Positions 50,838 to 62,047 of a stretch of DNA of 64,000 nucleotides are shown here, in pieces. The notes beneath the pieces were generated by a model. It was not told the origin of the DNA, searched no databases, and worked only from the letters and a program-made list of their open reading frames with translations. How positions within the stretch are numbered: the stretch's first letter is position 1; each line of letters opens with the position of its first letter. The translations under genes and the position numbers were made by a program. Source of the DNA: Microcoleus sp. (GTDB taxonomy: Bacteria; Cyanobacteriota; Cyanobacteriia; Cyanobacteriales; Microcoleaceae); the NCBI GenBank assembly GCA_042408215.1, contig JAYFMW010000006.1:704001-768000 (forward strand), written 5' to 3'.

Positions 50838-52058
50838 TTACTTTTGTTTGAGTAGCAGCAATGTGATATCATCAAAAACCTTTTGTTCGCCAATGTGCGA
50901 TCGCACGTCGTCAATTACAGCGTACCTGATTTCTGATGCCGTTCGCTGCCAATTGATTTGTATCACCTCAATTAACCGCTCTAAACCGTAAAGCACTTGA
51001 TCCATATTTTCAGCTTCCGTAATCCCATCAGTGTAAAGCACCACCACATCTCCTTTATATAACTGCACCAGTTTTTCAGCAACAAATTCAGTAATATCTA
51101 CATCCAGCCCGATCGGGAAACCCAAATCGATCGTATCAAACCGCTCTACAGAACCATTACACCGCACTACAATCATTTCTTCGTGCTGGCCGCTCAACTT
51201 CAGCATTCCTTCCTGATAGTCCAACAAAGCAAGGCTAGCATTCTTGTCAGATCTCATGGGTTGCACATTCTCGTAAATTACCAGGTTTATAGCGCTTAAA
51301 AAAATTACTGGATCGGGTTCATTGTAAGCAAGCAAAGTCCGCACCGCCCTTTGAACCAGAATCATTAAAACGCCACTTTCTCATCCATCTCCTGTGACAT
51401 CGCCGATGCCAATTTTTACTCTACCATCTTGACGCAGGCTAATTTTTTGAGATATTAGCCTAATTTCCGACAAGATTTTTGGGAGTTCTGGAAGCTTCAG
51501 CAAAGTAGCATCCATCAAATAATAGGTATCCAAATCAGGGTCTAATATCAGATTAGAACTCTCGCCGAAGCGAGCGCTTAATCTATTAATATCTGCTGCT
51601 AAACCTGGATACAAAAAATCATAAGTTTCTCAACTCCACTGGCTGCGGCGAAGTTTAAAAAGTTGCCTGTTTTGATAAATTTTATTAAGATTTACGCTGG
51701 AGCTTAAGATGTGTGATATCTGGCGATCGGTGTTTTCCAGTATTTGAAAATTTGCATCTATTTTTGCTTCTAAATCTGCCATCGGATCGGGAGTGCTTAA
51801 ATTCCGATTTAAACCCCGATCATTTAATAGTTGAAGTTTGGGGATGTATTCTCTCAACTGTCGCAGCGGGCGCAGGTATTGATTGCCGTAAATTTCTTTT
51901 TGTGCAAAATCAACCCGGCTGTTAATTTCCGAAATCAGAAAGTACATAACCAATGTTAATGGCATGGCAAATATAAAACCGATCGGGGTGAATTTTTGAG
52001 GATAGTTCAGCCGATTCATTACATGGATTCCCAAGGATGTTTTTTTCATATCGGACAC
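50838..52058 (-). pseudogene. Decayed membrane SpoIIE/PP2C phosphatase (SiaA-like)
   Basis: GDVTGDG*ESGVLM (expected GDVTGHGLESG) with an in-frame TGA at 51381-51383. YTDGITEA and DDITL are retained; the sensor part is fragmented with apparent large internal deletions. Confidence 0.8.
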
Positions 52059-52149
52059 AATTCATAAATATTTTACTAAAAAAGTAGCGATCGCTACTAA
52101 CAGGTTTTCTGGGACGATCGCCATTGCCGAGCTAAGCTGCTACGCAGAT

Positions 52150-52252
52150 ATAGCGGTTTTCAACCGCATGAGGTACCAGCCGATCGATGCCCTATGCCCT
52201 ATGCCCTAGGCCCAATCCCCAAGCGTACCTCATTGAACAGAGAAGGGCTATA
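52150..52252. mobile_element. MITE TATAGCGGTTTTC...AAGGGCTATA
   Basis: Inverted ATGAGGTAC/GTACCTCAT arms. Confidence 0.6.
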
Positions 52253-52762
52253 AACAGTGTAAAACACCTGCTTCAGTTTTGGGCACTCAATAGTTATTTA
52301 TACTGCGATTATCGGGCGACCTCAGATTTGTTCTAAGAATATTTACTTAAGCATAAATTTTTCTAAATACCTCATACCAATTTTTTATGAAGCTGCATAG
52401 AATTCGATCCCCCCTAACCCCCCTTCCCAAGGGGGGGACAAGAGTCCAATCAAAGTCAACCCCTACTCACACCCTACTCCCTTCTTAAGGGGGATTTAGG
52501 GGGATCGGAATATGTGCAACTTCACATTAAATTGGTATCAGACTATAACTAAAAATTAGGTAATAACTATAAGTATAAGTTTTAAGTATAAGTTTTCCTG
52601 AAATACTTATGCAGGCAGCGAAGAAAAAACACTTGGATCGCTCCTAGTGATGTCGGTTCTGTACAAAGGAACTAACAGCACCAGCATTGGTGTCTAAATA
52701 ACTATCAGTAGTTTAGCGCCCAGGCGATCGCGCATAGTGTGAAGTGAGGCAGAGGGCTGATT

Positions 52763-53335
52763 ATGAAACGAATTTCCGAACATAACTCTCAAAACAGTCA
52801 AAACCAAGCCCAAAAGCAGCCCAGGCCTTTAGTCTTGGCTTTGGTACTGACAGGAATTCTGACCTGGGAAATGTATCCGGCGCTAATAGACAACGCAGCA
52901 GCCAACACCGGCGTCCTCAAACATTCCCTCGCCAAGGAAAGCCAAGAATTGCTAACCGTAAACCAATTTCCCGGCGCGCGGGTACTTGAAAAAATCAGCT
53001 ATTCCAGATTTGGACTCAACAGTTTAAATTCCGAACCGGCCAATTTGGCTCAAAGCGCGGGCAAAAATTCCCCCAACGAATTACCCCCCGCTGTAGAAGC
53101 AGCGCTTTTCGATGAATTGTCACGGCTAACAGGGATTCCACCAGCACGGTTGAAAGTGACTGCATCGAGTCGCCAAAGTTGGCCGAATACTTGTTTGGGA
53201 CTGGCGACAACTGATGAGTTGTGCGGTCAAATGATTGTGGAAGGTTGGCGAGTTGTGGTTTCTGATGGCCGCCGCACTTGGGTTTATCGCACCGATGCTA
53301 GGGGAAAGGTGTTCCGTTTGGAAAAGAAAGATTGA
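52763..53335 (+). CDS. Conserved hypothetical exported protein
   Basis: Hydrophobic N-terminus; WPNTCLGL...CGQMIVEGWRV...YRTD motif. Confidence 0.75.
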   Translation: MKRISEHNSQNSQNQAQKQPRPLVLALVLTGILTWEMYPALIDNAAANTGVLKHSLAKESQELLTVNQFPGARVLEKISYSRFGLNSLNSEPANLAQSAGKNSPNELPPAVEAALFDELSRLTGIPPARLKVTASSRQSWPNTCLGLATTDELCGQMIVEGWRVVVSDGRRTWVYRTDARGKVFRLEKKD

Positions 53336-53522
53336 ATTTGCTTTTGATCTCGTTTACGGTTGTTTCGGAATTATTTAACCGCAGAGACCGCAGAGACCGC
53401 AGAGGAAGAGAAGAGAGAGATGAATACAGGACGATACCACGGATTTGATATGACTCTATCAGGGAACAGGCAAGATGCCTGTTCTACACAAATTTTATTG
53501 AATTTGTTTGTGGGGCGGGCTT

Positions 53523-54620
53523 CTAGCTTGTCTTTTCTGTCGCCTGTCTTTCGATGATGCCGCCGCCGAGGAGTATATCCCCGTCATACCAAACAGCGGC
53601 TTGTCCGGGGGTGATGCTCAACTGTGGTTCGTCAAAAATCAATTTAACTCTTGTACCGCTGGCATTTTCTGCTTCTTGGGATGATTCTAGAGGAATTACT
53701 GTCGCGGGGACTGGGTGCGATCGATATCGAATCTGCACGCCCGCTCGAATTGGAGCCGTTGGCTGTGCTACAGAAACCCAATTCACTTTCTGGACATGAC
53801 ATTCTGAATTTGCGGCTAAAAGTCGATCGCCCACAATTACCCGATTCCGGGCAGCATCGAGTTCAATCACGTACAGGGGTTCAGGTGCTGCAATGCCGAG
53901 CCCCTTCCGTTGGCCGATCGTGTAGTGGTGTACGCCGTCGTGTTGTCCGAGCACCCGCCCATCCTTGTCAACAATCTCACCCTTTTGGGGAGCAATGTAC
54001 TTATCCAGAAAAGCCCGCATCGAACCGTTACTTTCCACCAAGCACAAATCCTGACTTTCCGGCTTTTCAGCAGTTGTCAAGCCAAACTCCGCCGCTATTC
54101 TGCGAGTTTCTGTCTTAGTAATTTCACCTAGAGGAAACTCCGTACCAGCCAGTAAATCTTGTGTTAAATCGTACAAGAAATAAGATTGGTCTTTGTCCGG
54201 GTCTACAGCCCGCCACAACTGCGTGCGACCCGTTTCGGCATCGTAAGTAACGCGAGCGTAGTGGCCTGTAGCAATTTTTTCAATTCCGAGTTCTTCGCGA
54301 GCGTACTTGAGCATCGGGCCGAATTTCACGGTTTTATTGCACTGCGAACAAGGTAAAGGCGTAATTCCTGCACTGTAGCCGCCCACCAAATAATCTACAA
54401 TACTTGCTTGAAAGACATCGCGGCTGTCAACGATGTGGTGGGGAACGCCCAATTGTTCGCAAATTTTAGCTGCATCGACCATGCCTTCAGAGCAGCACTG
54501 ACCTTTGCCTTTCATCAGCCACAGGGTTAAACCCACCACTTCATATCCCTGATGGTGTAAAATTGCGGCTGCTGCGGAACTATCGACCCCGCCGGAGAGG
54601 CCTACAACTATCTTGTTCAT
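53523..54620 (-). CDS. mnmA: tRNA 2-thiouridine(34) synthase
   Basis: SGGVDS, ATGHYA, KDQSYFL, ESQDLC, TIGQRKG and TPGQAAV. Confidence 0.97.
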   Translation of the reverse strand: MNKIVVGLSGGVDSSAAAAILHHQGYEVVGLTLWLMKGKGQCCSEGMVDAAKICEQLGVPHHIVDSRDVFQASIVDYLVGGYSAGITPLPCSQCNKTVKFGPMLKYAREELGIEKIATGHYARVTYDAETGRTQLWRAVDPDKDQSYFLYDLTQDLLAGTEFPLGEITKTETRRIAAEFGLTTAEKPESQDLCLVESNGSMRAFLDKYIAPQKGEIVDKDGRVLGQHDGVHHYTIGQRKGLGIAAPEPLYVIELDAARNRVIVGDRLLAANSECHVQKVNWVSVAQPTAPIRAGVQIRYRSHPVPATVIPLESSQEAENASGTRVKLIFDEPQLSITPGQAAVWYDGDILLGGGIIERQATEKTS

Positions 54621-54744
54621 GGTTCGGAGAGAAATTGCTATTTTACTGTTACTTTGTTCGATCGAGCTAATTTAGTATAGTACAAAAATACTACAAATTG
54701 GTCTGCTGCTGTTAGCTGAAATTTTAACACTACTGTGAATCGTA

Positions 54745-56382
54745 ATGACTATTGAAAAGTTTGTTGTCACCGCCGACCAAATGCGGCAAATAGAAACCAG
54801 AATATTTGCCGCTGGAATGCCTGTAGCAGCTTTAATGGAAAAAGTAGCGGGACTGCTTGCCAGACGCATTCAGGCGCTTCTGAAGGCTGAAGGAAGTTCG
54901 GCAACGGATTGTATAACGGATTTAACGGATGTAACGGATTTAACGGATAGAAGGAAAAGGGGAGAAGGGAAAAAGATTGTTAATTTCCAATTCCCAGTTA
55001 TCGGCGTATTGGTCGGGCCGGGACATAACGGGGGCGACGCTTTGGTTGTGGCCCGCGAATTGCACTTTCAAGGATTCAAAGTAGTTGTCTACTGCCCCTT
55101 TTCTCAACTGAAAGAGTTAACAGGCTCTCACGCTCAGTATGTACGTTCTTTAAATATTCCATTTTTTGACCAAATTGAACCGCTGAAAAACTGCGATTTG
55201 TTCATAGATGGTTTATTTGGATTTGGCTTAGAACGAGAAATTGCTAATCCCATCGCCGACGCTATTGAGCAAATAAATAAGTTAAATAAACCTGTTTTTA
55301 GTATTGACATTCCGTCGGGAATTCATACTGATACGGGAGAAGTTTTGGGGACGGCTATCCGGGCTAGTCATACATTATGTTTGGGTTTGTGGAAAAGGGC
55401 ATTTCTGCAAGACAGAGCATTAGAATATATCGGCAGATCTGAGTTAATTGATTTTGATATTCCTGTCGCAGATATTCAAGCAATATTGGGCGATTTGCCC
55501 GCAGTACAACGCATTACCAAACAATCTGCGATCGAGCATTTGCCATTGCCCCGATCGCCAATTTCTCATAAATACACCAACGGTCATCTACTAATTATCG
55601 CAGGTTCGGAGCGCTACAGCGGAGCAGCCATTTTGTCAGCACTGGGAGCAAGGGCTAGCGGCGTGGGAATGCTGTCAATTGCTGTCCCAGAATCGATTAA
55701 ACCGCTGTTGAGCAGTCGGTTACCAGAGGCTTTAGTTATAGGATGTCCAGAAACGCGCAGCGGTGCAATTAGTGAATTACCAGTAGGAATTGATCTGAGT
55801 ACCTATGATGCGATCGCGGTAGGGCCTGGTCTGACATTGGAGGCGGCTATTGCTGTAGAATCTGTACTGGAGAGCGATCGACCTCTCGTGCTAGATGCCG
55901 ATGGTTTAAATATCCTCGCTCAACTTGGAACAGTCCCCATTTTGTCGGAACGCTCAGCCCTGACAATTATTACGCCTCATCCAGGGGAATTCAAGCGTTT
56001 ATTTCCCGAATTAGCTGACAAAATGGGCGATCGAATTTACGCAACTCAAGCCGCAGCCCAGCTTAGCGGTGCAGTCGTATTGTTGAAAGGAGCCAGAGTT
56101 TGCATTTGTTGTCACGCCCAGGGCGATCGTACCATCACTTACCTCAATCCCGAAAGCACCCCAGCCCTCGCTAGAGGCGGCAGCGGCGACGTTCTCACAG
56201 GCCTATTGGGGGGCCTCTTAGCAACAGCGATCGCCCGCAAATCCCCCCCACAATTAGTGGTACCCACAGCAGTTTGGTGGCACGCTCAAGCCGGAATTAT
56301 GGCTGCTCAAGAACGCACGGAGTTAGGAGTAGATGCCTTTACTTTGACAGAGTATTTAATTCCTGCTTTGCGAGAATTTTAA
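54745..56382 (+). CDS. nnr: Bifunctional NAD(P)H-hydrate epimerase/dehydratase
   Basis: GPGHNGGD, DIPSG, GPGL, DADGLN, TPHPGEF and GGSGDVL. Confidence 0.93.
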   Translation: MTIEKFVVTADQMRQIETRIFAAGMPVAALMEKVAGLLARRIQALLKAEGSSATDCITDLTDVTDLTDRRKRGEGKKIVNFQFPVIGVLVGPGHNGGDALVVARELHFQGFKVVVYCPFSQLKELTGSHAQYVRSLNIPFFDQIEPLKNCDLFIDGLFGFGLEREIANPIADAIEQINKLNKPVFSIDIPSGIHTDTGEVLGTAIRASHTLCLGLWKRAFLQDRALEYIGRSELIDFDIPVADIQAILGDLPAVQRITKQSAIEHLPLPRSPISHKYTNGHLLIIAGSERYSGAAILSALGARASGVGMLSIAVPESIKPLLSSRLPEALVIGCPETRSGAISELPVGIDLSTYDAIAVGPGLTLEAAIAVESVLESDRPLVLDADGLNILAQLGTVPILSERSALTIITPHPGEFKRLFPELADKMGDRIYATQAAAQLSGAVVLLKGARVCICCHAQGDRTITYLNPESTPALARGGSGDVLTGLLGGLLATAIARKSPPQLVVPTAVWWHAQAGIMAAQERTELGVDAFTLTEYLIPALREF

Positions 56383-56857
56383 CCCTGTATATTTAGCGAT
56401 CGTAGGTTGGGTTGAGGCGCAACGGCCCACAACAAGATTTATTGCTTGTGGAACAGGTCAGAAAGCCTGTTATACCAATTTAATGGGTCGTTGCATATAT
56501 CTCGATCCCCCTAAATCCCCCTTAATAAGGGAGTAGGGTGTGAGTAGGGGGTGACGAAAGAGCAGAATCTTGTTCCCCCCTTATTAAGGGGGGTTAGGGG
56601 GGATCAGATTCTACGGGGCCTCATAAAAAACTGGTATTACCGGAACACCACAGAAACAGGGTTTTTGTAGGTGTTTTTAAGCAGATTGACTTAACTCATT
56701 TGAGTGACACTCAAATGAGTGACACTCAAATGAGTGACACTCAAATGTGGTAGCACATAAAAGTGTCACTATAAAAAGCGACTGTGCAACCACAAAACCT
56801 ATTAGTTATACCTGAAATATCAAATGCAAACACTCGAATACAGAGAGGATTTCGATC

Positions 56858-57391
56858 ATGTATACAGAAGAAAAAACCCTAAATAATGAAACTAAGGCTC
56901 TGGTCGCCGATACTACTTCTCAGTCAAATCTAGCATTTGCTGAAGAGTCTGGACTGCTGAAACCCACTTTACGGCGCGGTTCCACCGGTCAAGCTGTCAA
57001 GGAATTAGAACAGCTTCTATTTCATTGGAAATATTATTTCGGTATGATTGATGGTATTTTCGGCGTTGAAGTTGAAAAAGCCGTCAAAGGCTATCAACAC
57101 CGCGTCTTTTTAGCTGAAGATGGGGTTGTCGGTCCTCTCACCTGGCAAGCACTATACTCTGGTGCACCTGTGAATATGCCGATTCTGATGAAGGGTAGTT
57201 CAGGTAATGCTGTCAAAATTGTCCAGAATGTCTTGAAATTGAATGGATACTATATGGGTTTTGTTGACGGATTCTTCGGGCCAATGACAAAAGTAGCAGT
57301 GATACAATTCCAAACGGCTAAGGGTTTATTACCAGCCGATGGAATTGTCGGGCCTAGAACTTGGCACGCTCTGAGCAAGTTACCGCATTAA
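56858..57391 (+). CDS. Peptidoglycan-binding domain protein (two PG_binding_1 domains)
   Basis: LRRGSTG..V..L, DGIFG and DG(V/I)VGP.TW.AL twice. Confidence 0.9.
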   Translation: MYTEEKTLNNETKALVADTTSQSNLAFAEESGLLKPTLRRGSTGQAVKELEQLLFHWKYYFGMIDGIFGVEVEKAVKGYQHRVFLAEDGVVGPLTWQALYSGAPVNMPILMKGSSGNAVKIVQNVLKLNGYYMGFVDGFFGPMTKVAVIQFQTAKGLLPADGIVGPRTWHALSKLPH

Positions 57392-57509
57392 TAACACTTA
57401 AAATCGCGCTCGGTAGGTAGGGACATAGCATTGCTATGTCCTATTTCGCTTTGATGGGAAGGGCGAGGGCAAATTCTGTTCCCCTTCCCGGCGATGAAAA
57501 ACATTAGAT

Positions 57510-57717
57510 CGACGTTCTCACAGGCCTATTGGGGGGTTTCTTAGCAACAGCGATCGCCCGCAAATCCCCCCCACAATTAGTGGTACCCACAGCAGTTTGG
57601 TGGCACGCTCAAGCCGGAATTATGGCTGCTCAAGAACACACGAAGTTAAAAATAAATGCCTTTACTTTGACAGAGTATTTAATTCCAGCTTTGCGAGAAT
57701 TTGACCCCTGTATTTAA
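57510..57717 (+). pseudogene. Duplicated 3' fragment of nnr
   Basis: Near-identical to 56187-56393. Confidence 0.88.
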
Positions 57718-57879
57718 GTAGTTATACTTAAGTTAAATGAGTGACAAGCAAATGAGTGACACTCAAATGTGGTAGCACACAAAAGTGTCACTATAAAAAG
57801 CGACTGTGCAACCACAAAACCTATTAGTTATACCTGAAATATCAAATGCAAAAACTCGAATACAGAGAGGATTTCGATC

Positions 57880-58410
57880 ATGTATACAGAAGAAAAAAAC
57901 CCAAACAATGAAGCTATGGATCTCGTCGCCGATACTAATTCTCAGTCAAATCTAGCATTTGCTGAAGCGTCTGGACTGAACAAACCCACTTTACGGCGCG
58001 GTTCCACCGGTCCAACTGTCAAGGAACTACAACAGCTTCTGTCTCATTGGGAGTATTATTTTGGCCCGTGCGATGGTATCTTCGACGTCGAAGTTGAAAA
58101 CGCCGTCAAACGCTATCAACACCGCGTCTTTTTACCTGAAGATGGCATTGTGGGTCCTCGAACCTGGCAAGCACTATACTCTGGTGCACCTAATAAGCAG
58201 ACTGTCAAGATTGGTAGTTCAGGTGATGATGTCAAAATTGTTCAGAATGTCTTGAAATTGAATGGATTCTATAAGGGTTTGGTTGACGGATACTTCGGGC
58301 CAATCACAGAAGCAGCAGTGAAAAAATTCCAAACGGCTAAGGGTTTATTACCAGCCGATGGAATTGTCGGGCCGAAAACTTGGCACGCTCTGAGCAAGTT
58401 ACCCCATTAA
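57880..58410 (+). CDS. Peptidoglycan-binding domain protein, paralog of 56858-57391
   Basis: Same start, same end (HALSKLPH) and same domains. Confidence 0.9.
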   Translation: MYTEEKNPNNEAMDLVADTNSQSNLAFAEASGLNKPTLRRGSTGPTVKELQQLLSHWEYYFGPCDGIFDVEVENAVKRYQHRVFLPEDGIVGPRTWQALYSGAPNKQTVKIGSSGDDVKIVQNVLKLNGFYKGLVDGYFGPITEAAVKKFQTAKGLLPADGIVGPKTWHALSKLPH

Positions 58411-58515
58411 TAACACTTAAAATCGCGCTCGGTAGGTAGGGACATAGCAATGCTATGTCCTATTTCGCTTTGATGGGAATACTTGTCTGGGCGGTACTTT
58501 TATGCAAGTCCTAAA

Positions 58516-58992
58516 TTAACCTTTGATGAACTGTTCTAATTTGTGAGCCATCTTCTCTACAATTCCCACCGCAGTAGGTGCGGTGGATGCTTGAGCTTCA
58601 ATACGCTTGACAGCATCCTCTGGAAGGTTCAGCAACTGCACTAATTTTTGATAAGCTGCGGCTTCCTCAGCATTAATTTTTGGTTCCTGGGGAGTGCGAG
58701 CACTAGATGAAATTACCTCATAGCCGAGTTGCAGCACTAATTCCCGTTCTTCTGGAGTTTCTAGTTGCTCAATTAATTCGTCAAGGGGAATATTTTGCAT
58801 GATATAGTCGCGCAGTTCTTGTTGCAGATATTCCTGTTCGATATCTGTAGCAAACAAACGGCAAAAGCGATCGAGCATTAAATTAACTTCTTCTGTCGCC
58901 AGTTCGCCATCTGACCAGGCCATAGAAGCAACAACTCTCAGCAGGTTCATCTGACGGGGTGTAATTGATGGAGGTGGTGGGGGCTGCATCAT
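58516..58992 (-). CDS. TerB-family protein
   Basis: SMAWSDGELATEE motif. Confidence 0.8.
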   Translation of the reverse strand: MMQPPPPPSITPRQMNLLRVVASMAWSDGELATEEVNLMLDRFCRLFATDIEQEYLQQELRDYIMQNIPLDELIEQLETPEERELVLQLGYEVISSSARTPQEPKINAEEAAAYQKLVQLLNLPEDAVKRIEAQASTAPTAVGIVEKMAHKLEQFIKG

Positions 58993-59142
58993 AAAATTTG
59001 TTATTGGTTATTTGTTACTGGTTATTGGTTATTTGTTACTGGTTATTTGTTACCAACACATAACAAATAACAACGCAACAAGTAACAAATAACTACTAAC
59101 TACTGACTACTGACTACTGACTACTAACTACTAACAATGATG

Positions 59143-61050
59143 TCACAATTTCGACAAAGGAACTCCCAACCATCCAGTAAAGTTTTGTTTCTGAATAGAG
59201 GTTGGGTGTTCCACCGGCACAATATGGTAGCGCGTCGGTCGCGGGGGGGCGAGAATAACATCGCAAGTTCGGAGTTCGTCTTGGTGAAAAACTGTTATTT
59301 GCACCATATCCCCAGGCTGATGATCTTTAAGCCGATCGCCCGCTTGTTCCGCATTTATCACCCGAAAACCGTTGATGGCTAGCAACTCGTCTCCTGCGTC
59401 AATTCCGGCCGATTGTGCCGGCGAGCCTGCTTCAACAAACTTAATCATTTCCCGCCCGTTTTCTACTCCCAACGTCCAACCGATGCGAGGGATTTCATTA
59501 GTTTGATCCGATGCGATTTGCAGCCCGAAAGGTTCGAGATATTCGTTATAAGGCAACTCCTCGGTGCCATCAATATAACGGGCAAAAAAGTCGCTCAAAT
59601 CCATGTCAGCGACCGATTCGATCGCACCTTGTAACTGTTCGGGAGTAAAACCTATTTCTGCTGGCAACGAGTGAGAATTTAATAGTCCGTTTGATTGCTC
59701 ACGCACTGGTGTTGCCTCTCTTTCCGAGTAGAGGCTAAATTCGCCATTTTGAGCCGCAGAATTAGCCTGGCCAAATTGCTGCCACATCACACGCATCACA
59801 TCATCAAACGATCGCTCATTTCGGTGTTTTGCTCGAATCAACAAATCCAGCAAAAACGAAACTACTTCCCCTTTTAAATAATAAGAGATTTGGCAATTGT
59901 CGCTGTTAGCATCCCTGCGGTAAAGCTTAATCCAAGCATCCCAACTCGACTCGCTCACGGGCTGCACGTTTCGCCCCGGAGTCGTTTGCAAACGAGTGAT
60001 TTCCTTAGCCAGATTTTGAAATAAACCCTTCACGCCGTAGATCCCAGCTCGAAAAGGAATCACCAAATCGTAATAACTGGTCGTGCCTTCGGAGAACCAC
60101 AAAGAAGGAGTATAATTTTCTTGTTCGTAGTCAAATACTTCTAGAGCTTTCGGTCGGATGCGCTTGACATTCCAGAGGTGAAAAAACTCGTGAGCCACCA
60201 ATTGAATGAAGCGATCGTACTTGTCTGACACCCGAAAACCAAAACGCGGATAATTGAGAGTGCAACTATCCTTGTGTTCCAAACCCCCGTAACCAGAGCC
60301 GGACAAATGCAGCAAAAATACATAGCGTTCGTAAGGTAAACCGCCAAATATTTCTGCCTCAACCTCAATCACTTTTTGGATGTCTCGAATCGCCCGCTGT
60401 GGTTCTAAATTACCTTTTCCCCAAATAACTAGCTGGTGGGGTTTTCCCATCACCTCAAAATCGTAGGAATCGTGACAGCCAATCTCAAAAGGACTGTCTA
60501 CCAAAGTGTCAAAATCCGCAGCAGCGAAAGTACAATCTTGCCCGGAGACGGGAGGCAAAGTAGTAACGGTGCGCCATTGGGGCCGTGGCGGCACAATGGT
60601 TATGGTGTAACAGTTGCGATCGAATCCAGACAAGAAAAAGCACAAAGCTGCTGGATTGAAATAACCGTGAGTCGAGTCTAAATGATTGGTTCGCACTGTT
60701 AGTTCGTTAGCAAAAATGCGGTAGTTTACCGTCACATCCGAAACCGAATCAGTCTCGATTTGCCAGTGATTTTTGCTTTTTTTGCGCCAAGCCAAAGGTC
60801 GATCGCCCGACTGCGATCGAAAATCTTGTAGGTGTTTGGCGTATTCTCGAACCAAGTACGAACCGGGTGTCCAAACGGGCATTTTTAAATCCATCACCGA
60901 TTCTGACCAACCTTGCACGCGCAAAGTCACTTCAAACAGGTGGGATTCAGGATTGGGCATCGCCACCGAATATTCAATTGTCGGTGCTGTTAGTTGGAGT
61001 GTCGGGTTAACGGCCACTTCGGAAGTCTCAAAACGGGTGACATCAGTCAT
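59143..61050 (-). CDS. M61-family metallopeptidase with C-terminal PDZ domain
   Basis: WTPGSY, GGLEH, HEFFHLWN, EGTTSYY, YYLKG and AGIDAGD. Confidence 0.93.
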   Translation of the reverse strand: MTDVTRFETSEVAVNPTLQLTAPTIEYSVAMPNPESHLFEVTLRVQGWSESVMDLKMPVWTPGSYLVREYAKHLQDFRSQSGDRPLAWRKKSKNHWQIETDSVSDVTVNYRIFANELTVRTNHLDSTHGYFNPAALCFFLSGFDRNCYTITIVPPRPQWRTVTTLPPVSGQDCTFAAADFDTLVDSPFEIGCHDSYDFEVMGKPHQLVIWGKGNLEPQRAIRDIQKVIEVEAEIFGGLPYERYVFLLHLSGSGYGGLEHKDSCTLNYPRFGFRVSDKYDRFIQLVAHEFFHLWNVKRIRPKALEVFDYEQENYTPSLWFSEGTTSYYDLVIPFRAGIYGVKGLFQNLAKEITRLQTTPGRNVQPVSESSWDAWIKLYRRDANSDNCQISYYLKGEVVSFLLDLLIRAKHRNERSFDDVMRVMWQQFGQANSAAQNGEFSLYSEREATPVREQSNGLLNSHSLPAEIGFTPEQLQGAIESVADMDLSDFFARYIDGTEELPYNEYLEPFGLQIASDQTNEIPRIGWTLGVENGREMIKFVEAGSPAQSAGIDAGDELLAINGFRVINAEQAGDRLKDHQPGDMVQITVFHQDELRTCDVILAPPRPTRYHIVPVEHPTSIQKQNFTGWLGVPLSKL

Positions 61051-61727
61051 TGACTTGCCAAATTCATCAAGTGCTTGAGGTTGATCAAATGGATAGTTTG
61101 GCGATCGGGATCGATACTGATCCAGCCTTTACTCTCCAGTTTTTCCATAATTTTGCTGGTTTCATCTAGGGCGATATCTGTCACGTCGGCTAAGTCTTGA
61201 TAAGGGATATTAAATATCTCTTTGCCTCGTTCCGTTTTCTGACCGTAGTTTTCTGCCAGCTCGACTAAGGTATTTGCTAGTTTAACCGCTGGCTGGCGGT
61301 TCCGCAGTTGATACCGGAGATTTGTTTGGCGGAGTCGCCGCACCATCAGTTGCAGCATCCGGTGGTGCAAATGCGGATCTTTGAACAGGGTTTGAATAAA
61401 TCGCTGAGCCGTAACACTGATCAGCCTCACGGGCGATAGAGCCAGTACGTCATTCGATCGGGGAGATTCGTCAAGAATCGCCATTTCGCCAAAGAATGCA
61501 CCCCGTCCCAAAATCGCCATCGATATGGCTCGATCGTTTGACAGGCGCCGGACTTTGACCCAGCCGGACACTACAAAGTAAATCGCGTTTCCCCAGGAAT
61601 CCTCCATCACGACAGCTCTGCCTGGAGGATACTCGTGCTTGACGGCATTTGATAGTAGCCCTGCCAAGGTTTCTGGGTTAGCACCCTTAAACAGGGGGAA
61701 AAGCTCACTGAAAGCTTCTGTCTTCAT
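61047..61727 (-). CDS. Crp/Fnr-family transcriptional regulator
   Basis: FFGEMAILDESPRS cNMP-binding motif and C-terminal HTH. Confidence 0.9.
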   Translation of the reverse strand: MKTEAFSELFPLFKGANPETLAGLLSNAVKHEYPPGRAVVMEDSWGNAIYFVVSGWVKVRRLSNDRAISMAILGRGAFFGEMAILDESPRSNDVLALSPVRLISVTAQRFIQTLFKDPHLHHRMLQLMVRRLRQTNLRYQLRNRQPAVKLANTLVELAENYGQKTERGKEIFNIPYQDLADVTDIALDETSKIMEKLESKGWISIDPDRQTIHLINLKHLMNLASQ

Positions 61728-62047
61728 CTTTCTTCCCCTTTGGATACCCCTAGTATGCTTCCGCTAAGTGGTCCCTGAGCGAAGCCGAAGGGCTCAGCAC
61801 AAGTAGCTGTACTCAGCACGGGGTAGGCCCGATCGCAGTTGCTAGACTTGAGGAGACTTGGGGGCCTCACTGACTCAGGAAAAAGGGGGCGGGGTAAGAG
61901 CCACATATCAGTTAAGTCTATATCGAGTTAAAAAAACCCGTTTCGCCTCAAGGTGAGCATTCCTTTCGCACCATTTACTTGCACAGAAAATGAGAGGCTT
62001 CCGATACTGTAACCCGACGAGTGCGAGGGTAGCGCGACAAAGGGGCG

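Noticed and set aside
58475..58483. SigJ-type GGGAATACT promoter motif
   Set aside because: It points antisense into the 3' end of terB, at a duplication junction; probably chance.
59650..59775. Apparent ~35-aa insertion in the M61 peptidase
   Set aside because: No match to any repeat in this window, so it cannot be assigned to a mobile repeat without ortholog alignment.
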